This document shows, piece after piece, positions 24,248 to 30,910 of a stretch of 30,910 nucleotides of DNA. The stretch comes from a virus. Its lineage: Duplodnaviria > Caudoviricetes. Under the pieces are notes generated by a model. That model had not been told where the DNA came from. It worked only from the letters and a program-made list of their open reading frames with translations, and did no database searches. The position numbers and the translations under genes were made by a program. The stretch is taken from positions 1-30,910 of the IMG/VR virus record IMGVR_UViG_3300003820_000023; one strand, written 5' to 3'. Position 1 is the first letter of the stretch; each line of letters opens with the position of its first letter.

Positions 24248-24275
24248 TTGATTTATAGCTCATATATGCTATAAT
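24248..24275 (+). promoter_or_regulatory. Putative promoter TTGATT-16-TATAAT with extended -10 TG, near-leaderless
   Basis: Hexamers at 24248-24253 and 24270-24275; ATG at 24284. Confidence 0.65.
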
Positions 24276-24283
24276 AGCACTAT

Positions 24284-24658
24284 ATGAAACCCGATCTCAT
24301 AATAGATGAAATAGTAAAAGACTATGTCACAGATATAGTCGTGGCTGCTAAAGAATATGACGAAAGCGCCGATATAGATGTAGGGTTTGACGAGTGTTTA
24401 AATGACACAAAAACGTTATCTGCACATTCAGCTATTATCACTTCTGATATAGGAATGATTGCAGTGTTTCCGGATTTCAATAAAAACAGTGCAAAGGCAG
24501 CTGTAGTAAGAATAGGCGAAATTAAAAGATTGGTAGCAGAAGGTTTTGATGAAGAGTTTATAGAAAATAAAGGAATTATATACGGAGATTTGCTTGATTA
24601 TAATAAAAAACATGTTAATATGTTCGGTTATTATTTAACTCATAAAATTAACCCTTAA
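24284..24658 (+). CDS. Hypothetical acidic protein (124 aa)
   Basis: ATG ORF after a strong promoter match. Confidence 0.7.
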   Translation: MKPDLIIDEIVKDYVTDIVVAAKEYDESADIDVGFDECLNDTKTLSAHSAIITSDIGMIAVFPDFNKNSAKAAVVRIGEIKRLVAEGFDEEFIENKGIIYGDLLDYNKKHVNMFGYYLTHKINP

Positions 24659-24667
24659 TCTCATTTT

Positions 24668-24910
24668 ATGTCAACAACAAAAGACAACAAACTACACCCA
24701 GAAGTTCTTAAATTATTCAACTCCCCTATTTATCGTAGAAAGATAAAGAGAGCGGTTGAAACAATTAAAACATATCATTTATTACATCAAAAAAAACTTA
24801 CTCGTAGAGGTAATAGTTTAACACCTGATAAGAGCACAGCACACTACTTTTCTCAAAGTACAGATGTAGGTCATGATCGTCGTAACTCACAGCACAACTC
24901 TAAACAATAA
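24668..24910 (+). CDS. Hypothetical basic protein (80 aa)
   Basis: ATG ORF; stop 1 nt before the nitroreductase ATG. Confidence 0.6.
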   Translation: MSTTKDNKLHPEVLKLFNSPIYRRKIKRAVETIKTYHLLHQKKLTRRGNSLTPDKSTAHYFSQSTDVGHDRRNSQHNSKQ

Positions 24911-24911
24911 T

Positions 24912-25565
24912 ATGAATAGCTTTATTACAACTACACAACTTATTGATAGTTTAAAGTGGCGTTATGCAACTAAACAATTTGATGCTACGCGTAAAATAAG
25001 TAATACTGATTGGACTGTTTTAGAAGATTCAATTGTTCTTACCCCCACAAGCTTTGGGTTGCAACCGTTCACCGGTGTTGTAGTAGACAATTCGGCGCTT
25101 AGAGAGCAATTAGTTCCTCATTCATGGAATCAACGTCAAGTAGCAGATGCATCACATTTAATAGTGTTTTCAGTTAAAACTACATACACTGAAGAAGATG
25201 CTAACAATTTTATTAAGTTAGTAGCTAATACAAGAGGTATAACCACTGAATCTTTAGAGGGGTATCGTGGTATGATTGTTAATAGCGTTGTAAAGGGTAT
25301 GGATGATAGTGCTCGCCGGTTGTGGGCTACTAAACAAGCATATATCGCTTTAGGGCAATTCATGTTAGCAGCTGCCGGTCTTGGTATCGATGTATGTCCT
25401 ATTGAAGGATTTATGCCAGATAAGTATGACTCTATTCTTAATCTATCAAGTAAAGGTCTTGCTTCTGTAGTAGTTGCTGCTGCCGGTTATAGAGCAGAAA
25501 CAGATAACTATGCTAAGTTAGCAAAAGTTCGGTTACCAAAAGATAAAGTAATTGTTCACATTTAA
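24912..25565 (+). CDS. Nitroreductase family NAD(P)H-dependent flavoprotein (NfsB-like)
   Basis: WRYATKQFD, LTPTSFGLQP, WNQRQVADASHL, KQAYIALG, IDVCPIEGF, GYR and KVR. Start reassigned to ATG 24912. Confidence 0.92.
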   Translation: MNSFITTTQLIDSLKWRYATKQFDATRKISNTDWTVLEDSIVLTPTSFGLQPFTGVVVDNSALREQLVPHSWNQRQVADASHLIVFSVKTTYTEEDANNFIKLVANTRGITTESLEGYRGMIVNSVVKGMDDSARRLWATKQAYIALGQFMLAAAGLGIDVCPIEGFMPDKYDSILNLSSKGLASVVVAAAGYRAETDNYAKLAKVRLPKDKVIVHI

Positions 25566-25583
25566 TATTATTGTAGAATAGGC

Positions 25584-25613
25584 TTGCAGTATTCATATAA
25601 AGTAACATACTAT
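25584..25613 (+). promoter_or_regulatory. Putative promoter TTGCAG-16-CATACT (or -18-TACTAT), leaderless
   Basis: GCTTG -35 context as at 12271, 18023 and 24248; ATG at 25618. Confidence 0.45.
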
Positions 25614-25617
25614 AACT

Positions 25618-26163
25618 ATGAACATTGATCCTAATCTTATAGCTACATCTAAATGTGGCAAGTATGTATACCCTGTGGATGCGATCTCGAGCGCTAAAAC
25701 GTTCGCCCCTGTAGATTATTTTATAAAAAACGTTCAAGATAATTACGGTGGTAGTATTGAACGTTTTGTTAAGGAGTATGTAACCAGAGAAACTAAGAAG
25801 TATTTAGCTGCTGGTTACACTGCAGAACAGATTAGGGATATGGCTTCGAAGTGTAAGAACAATAAGCTACCAAAGATTAATGTTAAGCTCAAGAAGCACC
25901 CTAATATGCCTAAAAAAGAGCGTAAAAAGAGGTTAGCTTCTCATGCAGAAACATCTGTAGTAGTAATCAATGAAGAAGGTAAAGAAGAAAGAGTAAGAAC
26001 TTACCCATGGACTGGTAATCCTGATTACTTTCGAAGTGAACCTGCATATACCAATATAGCTGAAGTAACGAAAGAAGCTTGTTTAATGCCACACATTCAT
26101 CTCGATGACGATTGTCATGGTTGTAAATATTACGACGTTTGCTTATGCCCTCTGAAACAATAA
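25618..26163 (+). CDS. Hypothetical basic protein with C-terminal Cys cluster
   Basis: 181 aa, Lys-rich centre, ends CLMPHIHLDDDCHGCKYYDVCLC. Confidence 0.75.
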   Translation: MNIDPNLIATSKCGKYVYPVDAISSAKTFAPVDYFIKNVQDNYGGSIERFVKEYVTRETKKYLAAGYTAEQIRDMASKCKNNKLPKINVKLKKHPNMPKKERKKRLASHAETSVVVINEEGKEERVRTYPWTGNPDYFRSEPAYTNIAEVTKEACLMPHIHLDDDCHGCKYYDVCLCPLKQ

Positions 26164-26714
26164 ACATATTTGTCGATTTAGACGAAACTCTAATCCATAC
26201 TCTTGGTATGGTGCCATTTACTAAAGATGGTAATGGTTATATCGAACTACATGAAATAGAATTCAAAAAACCAGAACCAAATGAAAAGTATGCAGACACA
26301 CCTGTAAGCATTGTTTTAGATAAAGAAGTATATGATGTAGTATTACGTCCAGGGGCTAATTATCTGTTGTTTCGTTTAAGAGAAATAGGCCATGTCTATA
26401 TGCTTACAAGAGCTACTAAAGATTATGCCCGGGTAATGAACAAGGCCTTTAACTTTGGTTTTGACGAAGATAAGATATTTGATAGAGAATATGTAAAGGA
26501 TTGGAAGTATAAGACACCTAAAGTTAAAATAACTACTGGTAAGAGTGTTCTTATTGATGATTTAAGAGCTTCTGATAACCTTGAAAAGATTTTTTTTACT
26601 AAAAGGTTTGGTGTAATAAAATATATTGAGGTACCTGCATTTTGGGGGTATGAAGATGAAAGCCTCACACATAACTACATACAAGAGCTTGTAGAGGATA
26701 TAGTTAGTAGTTGA
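26145..26714 (+). CDS. HAD-superfamily phosphatase, FCP1/SCP (NIF)-like
   Basis: FVDLDETLIHT (DxDxT), LRPGAN..L, MLTRATKDYA and VLIDD. ATG at 26145. Confidence 0.75.
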   Translation: MPSETINIFVDLDETLIHTLGMVPFTKDGNGYIELHEIEFKKPEPNEKYADTPVSIVLDKEVYDVVLRPGANYLLFRLREIGHVYMLTRATKDYARVMNKAFNFGFDEDKIFDREYVKDWKYKTPKVKITTGKSVLIDDLRASDNLEKIFFTKRFGVIKYIEVPAFWGYEDESLTHNYIQELVEDIVSS

Positions 26715-26743
26715 ACTAACTATCAATATTAGTAAATCACAGC

Positions 26744-27091
26744 ATGACACCACATACAGGTTTAGTTAATTTATTAGCAAAAAATAAATGTAAGGTAGCG
26801 TTTAAAGATCATAACGACAAGTTTATGTATCTTTGGATTAAATATGATGCTTTAGTTAAAAATTCCCCTAACCAAGGTTTAGAGGTTATGGGTAGAAATC
26901 AAGCTATATTTGATAAGATTGCAACTGCAGTTCGCAAATACTATCCAACAGCTGAACTATCCTCTCAAGACGGTAGAGCTTCAGTAGTTTATAAAATCAC
27001 TAATAATAACCCTACCTCAGCACCTAAAGATTATATAACTCCTTCATCCACAGTTAATGAGGTAAGCTCAAAGAGCTCGAAACGCAAATAA
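26744..27091 (+). CDS. Hypothetical protein (115 aa)
   Basis: ATG ORF with TTGAAC-16-TAAATC upstream. Confidence 0.7.
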   Translation: MTPHTGLVNLLAKNKCKVAFKDHNDKFMYLWIKYDALVKNSPNQGLEVMGRNQAIFDKIATAVRKYYPTAELSSQDGRASVVYKITNNNPTSAPKDYITPSSTVNEVSSKSSKRK

Positions 27092-27131
27092 ACATCTTGT
27101 AAAATCAATATAGAATTAGTAAATAATCTAT

Positions 27132-27461
27132 ATGGCATGCTCAAGATATGATTTATACTATGGTGGTACAGCTGGCGCTGGTAATGGTGTACTAACAGTT
27201 ACGTACCGTAATTGCGGTGATCGTACCCCTATGACCTTATCGGTAACAGGTGGTTTATCTGGTGCTTATTATGGTCAAGTTATAGCAAGTACAGATTCAG
27301 ATGTACCAGCCCTTACAACTACAGTGGGTTATGCCTCTGCAGGTGGAGCTCCTATAGGCGGTACTGTTTATAAAGAACCAGTACGCCCATGGGTTCAATA
27401 TGTTACGACTAATGCAGTAAGTGCAGTTGTTAATCACGGTCTACCTTACCCTACTAATTAA
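27132..27461 (+). CDS. Small Gly/Thr-rich putative virion protein
   Basis: C..Y...Y..CG module resembling the N-terminus of 6585-10523; TAAATA upstream. Confidence 0.7.
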   Translation: MACSRYDLYYGGTAGAGNGVLTVTYRNCGDRTPMTLSVTGGLSGAYYGQVIASTDSDVPALTTTVGYASAGGAPIGGTVYKEPVRPWVQYVTTNAVSAVVNHGLPYPTN

Positions 27462-27484
27462 CAGTAGATTTTACAAATAAGTCT

Positions 27485-27904
27485 ATGTCTGACTCAATTA
27501 TAGAACGCCTTAAATTTGCAACTCCCGACGGCGGGAAATTTGTTGCCACTCCAAAGATACATAGCCATATTTTTAATAATAGTTCTTCTCTTTCTGGGTC
27601 TCAATTAGCACCATTAGCAACAGTAACACCACCAACACCTAATAGTATGCCATCTTTAGCTAAAATGGCTGGTAATTTAGCAGGTACTGGTATTGATGTT
27701 TTAAAGGCTGCTGTCACTCAACAACAAATAACTGCTGATGATGATACATACAATGAACGTTTAAAAATATGTGAAGGATGTGAATTTCTTGAAACACCTT
27801 CATTTCGTTGTTCTAAGTGTGGGTGCTGGATGAAAACCAAAGCAAAAATATTACCTGCAAAATGCCCTGTAGATAAGTGGGACTCTAAACCAATAAAACC
27901 ATAA
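27485..27904 (+). CDS. Cys-rich protein with DUF6171-like C-terminal domain
   Basis: ERLKICEGC...RCSKCGCWMKTKAK...KCPVDKW. Confidence 0.7.
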   Translation: MSDSIIERLKFATPDGGKFVATPKIHSHIFNNSSSLSGSQLAPLATVTPPTPNSMPSLAKMAGNLAGTGIDVLKAAVTQQQITADDDTYNERLKICEGCEFLETPSFRCSKCGCWMKTKAKILPAKCPVDKWDSKPIKP

Positions 27905-27915
27905 ATACTATATTA

Positions 27916-28395
27916 ATGAATACTCTTGACTCACACTCGCATAATTTATTAGAAGCTTGTTGGAATGACACTCCTGCATCACGCTTTAATAATAACACCG
28001 GCACATACCATTATGATTCATTACGCTGTGACGTAAGCACATCAGGTAGTTATTTTAGAGTAGATTTTACGCGTAATGTATCATTATCAGCAGGTGTACA
28101 AATATCTATAACAAACATTAATAGATTAAATAGTGTATCAGCGGTTACAGCAGAAGAAACCACGTATCTAACTAACGAGGTTAATAGTATGATGGGAATA
28201 CCTGTTGACGGTACTGATTGTTATAATGCTGGTTGGACGTATTTAGGTAATTTGGCTGCTGCTGCAGATTCAATTCAAAGATATGTAAATGATGCCAAAG
28301 CTGCAGGGTTTGAATTCAAGCAACTTCAGTACCATGCAGGCTATTTTATGTATGGTTGTAAAGAAACTAAACAGTTTTACGACGTTAATACATAA
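27916..28395 (+). CDS. Hypothetical protein (159 aa)
   Basis: ATG ORF with TAAATA upstream, N-terminal LLEA leader and LSA/VSA motifs. Confidence 0.7.
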   Translation: MNTLDSHSHNLLEACWNDTPASRFNNNTGTYHYDSLRCDVSTSGSYFRVDFTRNVSLSAGVQISITNINRLNSVSAVTAEETTYLTNEVNSMMGIPVDGTDCYNAGWTYLGNLAAAADSIQRYVNDAKAAGFEFKQLQYHAGYFMYGCKETKQFYDVNT

Positions 28396-28440
28396 AATTA
28401 TGTATAGTTGAACTTACATATTTTTTACGTAAGTTTTATT

Positions 28441-29145
28441 ATGAAGCAAAAAACAGTAGGGGCAAATGATTATATCGTTATTGATGATGTCATTCCTGTA
28501 GATGAACAAGAAAGGCTTGAGAGGCTTATTAAATTTCCAAGCCCGAAAGCAAATGTCAGGATTGATTGGAACTATTTGCATATAGCTACGGGCGGTGTAA
28601 TAAAGAAAACCATTTCTACACCGGGTATACCTGATTTTTATCCTGTACCTATAGTAGAGTCTTCTCAATTTGTACATTCTTTACAATACACACCCATTCA
28701 AAAAGAAGTGCCTGTAAGCGCGACTGCGCCAGTAACATCTCCTATTTTTAATTATTTTACCTCTATGTTTGCTGCTTTACCTATAGGTTATAAAAAAATA
28801 CATAGAGCTAAAATTAATATGAAATTTCCTGTCAAGGGATTAACCGATTATCATTACGGTACTCCGCATTGCGATGGTGATAACCCTATGGATGATGAAA
28901 AGGTTTGTATATATTATATAAACGATTCAGACGGAGATACAATCATTTTTAACGAAACATACGATCAATGGAAGCCGAACCCAGCTGGTTTAAAACTAAC
29001 AGTAAAAGCTAAAATTACACCTAAACGTGGTAGATTAGTAATGTTTAACGCTAATTTAGTTCATTCTGCTGGTATACCTATTGAAACTGATATGAGATTA
29101 ATAGTTAATATTAATCTGATGGGGTGCTTTCCAAGAAAGCAATAA
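28441..29145 (+). CDS. 2OG-Fe(II) oxygenase (phage type)
   Basis: IHRAKIN, TPHCD (HxD), IYYINDSDGDT, PKRGRLVMFN..LVHS and RLIVNIN. Start reassigned to ATG 28441. Confidence 0.85.
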   Translation: MKQKTVGANDYIVIDDVIPVDEQERLERLIKFPSPKANVRIDWNYLHIATGGVIKKTISTPGIPDFYPVPIVESSQFVHSLQYTPIQKEVPVSATAPVTSPIFNYFTSMFAALPIGYKKIHRAKINMKFPVKGLTDYHYGTPHCDGDNPMDDEKVCIYYINDSDGDTIIFNETYDQWKPNPAGLKLTVKAKITPKRGRLVMFNANLVHSAGIPIETDMRLIVNINLMGCFPRKQ

Positions 29146-29150
29146 ATTAC

Positions 29151-29867
29151 ATGACACGTCAAGAAGTAGACGGGGTTGTTATTATAGATGACTTCCTATC
29201 GGAATCCGAACAAATTAATATTGAAAATATTTCACTCGGAAATATAGTTCAATGGAATTTTATAAAGCCTATAGATTACAACAATCATGACCCTAATTCT
29301 AATGCAGTAAAGTTAAAAAAACTCTACGATACCTTCAAGTGGTGTGAAAACGTAGCAGAAGTACCTATGTTTGACCATATACTTAATAATTCTTCTTTTT
29401 TACCAGGTTATTCTGCACAGAATTCTGCAAGCAGTACAGTAAAGCATTTTAATAGTTTATTAAAAAAATTTCCATGCTTGATAACAAAAATGGGTAGAAT
29501 GAAAATAAATCTTTTACCCTGCAGTGCTCAAACTAATGCTGAACGCGGTATACCGCATATTGACGTGTTTGCTGATAAATTACCTGACAACTCAAAAATA
29601 GGAATATATTATATAAACAATTCAGACGGAGATACATGTGTGTATAATGAGACGCTTGAACAATTCAATTGGAAAGAAATGTTTACTCGAGACGAATCAT
29701 ATTGGAATGAAACAAATATACCTCGACTAACTTTAAAAGCAAAAGTTTCTCCTAAACGCGGCAGACTGGTAATATTTGATGCGAATTTATTTCACGCTGC
29801 TGGTTTACCTAAGAAAGCTGATTACAGGTCTGTTATCAATTTAAACTTTGTTGGTACCTTTAAGTAA
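29151..29867 (+). CDS. 2OG-Fe(II) oxygenase (phage type), paralog of the upstream gene
   Basis: RMKINL, IPHID, IYYINNSDGDT, PKRGRLVIFD..FHAA and RSVINLN. Start reassigned to ATG 29151. Confidence 0.85.
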   Translation: MTRQEVDGVVIIDDFLSESEQINIENISLGNIVQWNFIKPIDYNNHDPNSNAVKLKKLYDTFKWCENVAEVPMFDHILNNSSFLPGYSAQNSASSTVKHFNSLLKKFPCLITKMGRMKINLLPCSAQTNAERGIPHIDVFADKLPDNSKIGIYYINNSDGDTCVYNETLEQFNWKEMFTRDESYWNETNIPRLTLKAKVSPKRGRLVIFDANLFHAAGLPKKADYRSVINLNFVGTFK

Positions 29868-30910
29868 TTATTTACTTGTAGCTCTAAACACTCCGTCCCA
29901 ATCAGCTGATAGATTAGCGTTTCTAAGTTCGTTAATTCTTTCTATCATATTTTCATAATAGTGAGATAATTCAGGATTATAAGTTATTAATGAGGTAGCT
30001 AACTGTATAGCATTGTCCCAATTTTGAGCTCTATAATCAGATAGAAACCCATCATGTATTCTACCCACATGAGGCTTCTCCATGGTAATAAAGTTGTTTT
30101 GTACAACAGTGTAAATCTTTACACCTTCTTTTTTACCCTTAACTGCAATACAATCTAACTCAAAGCATTTGTATTTGTCTTTTACGTATTCGTAAGTTTT
30201 AGGTCCAATAACTATCTTTACACCATATGGTTTAGATTGACCTTCTAATCTCGAGGCCAAATTAACTCCGTCGCCCAAGCAAGTGTAATCGAAACGCTGA
30301 GCACTACCCATATTACCAACAACAACAGTATCTGTGTTGATTCCAAGCCCCATACCAAAGGCTGGTACCCCTTCTTGAGCAATTTCTTTATTAAACTCAT
30401 CTAAATTATTTAACATTATCATTGCTGTTTTCAATGCATTTAATGCGTGCTCTTTATCGTCTAATGGAGCATTCCAAAAGGCCATTTGAGCGTCACCTAT
30501 ATATTTGTCTAAAGTACCATTATTATCTAATATAGCTTTAGTCATAGCAGTCATATACCGATTCATTATCTTTGTTAATCCTTGTACATCTTTACCATAA
30601 TGTTCTGATATTGTAGTAAACCCCCTAACATCAGTAAACATAATAGATAACTCTCTACTATCACCACCCAACCTTAATAAGTCTGGATTCTCTTGTAACT
30701 TCTCTACCATAGCAGGGCTTAAATAAGTACCGAATTGTTTCTTTATTTGCTGCTTTAACTTAAATTCCATTACAAATCTAAAGAATAAAGCACCTACCCA
30801 GGGTAACAATACTGCTAAAGTAGGCCAGGTATAATCCGTAAGATATCCGTAATTAGCAAATAAGCGTAATCCAATAAAATAAGGTACACATAAGAATGCT
30901 GTGATTAATA
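29868..30910 (-). CDS. Membrane-bound class III adenylate/guanylate cyclase (5'-truncated; CHASE2-type architecture likely)
   Basis: MFTDVRGFT, LDKYIGDAQMAFWNAP, GLGINTD, VGNMGS..RFDYTCLGDGVNLASRLEG and VKGK. The frame stays open to the window edge with hydrophobic TM segments (LITAFLCVPYFIGLRLF...). Confidence 0.92.
   Translation of the reverse strand, partial: LITAFLCVPYFIGLRLFANYGYLTDYTWPTLAVLLPWVGALFFRFVMEFKLKQQIKKQFGTYLSPAMVEKLQENPDLLRLGGDSRELSIMFTDVRGFTTISEHYGKDVQGLTKIMNRYMTAMTKAILDNNGTLDKYIGDAQMAFWNAPLDDKEHALNALKTAMIMLNNLDEFNKEIAQEGVPAFGMGLGINTDTVVVGNMGSAQRFDYTCLGDGVNLASRLEGQSKPYGVKIVIGPKTYEYVKDKYKCFELDCIAVKGKKEGVKIYTVVQNNFITMEKPHVGRIHDGFLSDYRAQNWDNAIQLATSLITYNPELSHYYENMIERINELRNANLSADWDGVFRATSK

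Noticed and set aside
506-28677. Short ORF-track entries nested in or antisense to longer genes (e.g. 506, 1953, 6659, 7198, 13224, 14159, 15141, 15829, 16879, 18127, 19939, 20938, 21939, 22996, 23732, 23975, 24428, 25136, 25513, 25967, 26423, 26562, 28414)
   Set aside because: They overlap well-supported genes, mostly have non-ATG starts or no upstream signals, and show no recognisable motifs.
15274-29150. ORF-track starts at 15274, 24873, 26139, 28408 and 29124
   Set aside because: They overlap upstream genes or promoters; downstream ATGs (15361, 24912, 26145, 28441, 29151) fit domain boundaries and spacing better.
1-30910. CRISPR array, rRNA, transposase/integrase, intron or intein
   Set aside because: No regularly spaced repeats or diagnostic motifs seen; the repeats present are coding low-complexity tracts or hairpins.
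1-30910. Stop-codon reassignment as in some large phages
   Set aside because: Genes are full length and densely tiled under the standard code; TAG (3113) and TGA (12256, 21096) end genes at sensible positions.
1-30910. Eukaryotic giant virus or cellular chromosome origin, suggested by P4H, FCP1-like and mitoNEET-like genes
   Set aside because: Sigma70-like promoters, intrinsic terminators, overlapping operon-style genes and an outer-membrane barrel favour a bacterial system. T4-like late motifs, many tiny hypotheticals and the lack of housekeeping operons favour a phage. Hallmark genes are outside the window, so this remains an inference.

Overview
AT-rich (roughly one third GC by eye), gene-dense fragment that reads as an accessory/structural region of a large tailed bacteriophage, probably T4-like or jumbo. 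The code is standard, with bacterial sigma70-like promoters and intrinsic terminators. No hallmark capsid, terminase or polymerase gene is in the window, so the assignment is inferred. Contents: the 3' end of a poly-proline protein; a prolyl-4-hydroxylase-like enzyme, a sulfotransferase and two GT2 glycosyltransferases directly upstream of two giant Ser/Thr/Pro-rich structural-type proteins (LamG; InlB B-repeat/NHL); three more glycosyltransferase-like genes; an APS-kinase/nucleotidyltransferase fusion; five 2OG-Fe(II) oxygenases in total; a pyrimidine-dimer glycosylase-like gene; an outer-membrane beta-barrel; a nitroreductase; an FCP1-like HAD phosphatase; probable internal head proteins; and a 5'-truncated membrane adenylate/guanylate cyclase. 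Best candidate for a new system: a phage-encoded proline-hydroxylation, glycosylation and sulfation pathway for virion proteins, with a possible self-contained PAPS supply and a strongly repeated L-S-[A/G] motif as a candidate modification sequon. Outside the ORF track I also found a 59-aa membrane-anchored CDGSH (mitoNEET-like) protein, two small membrane peptides, three promoter-driven structured ncRNA candidates and a promoter family with a fixed 16-nt spacer. Family assignments come from motif recognition, not database searches.
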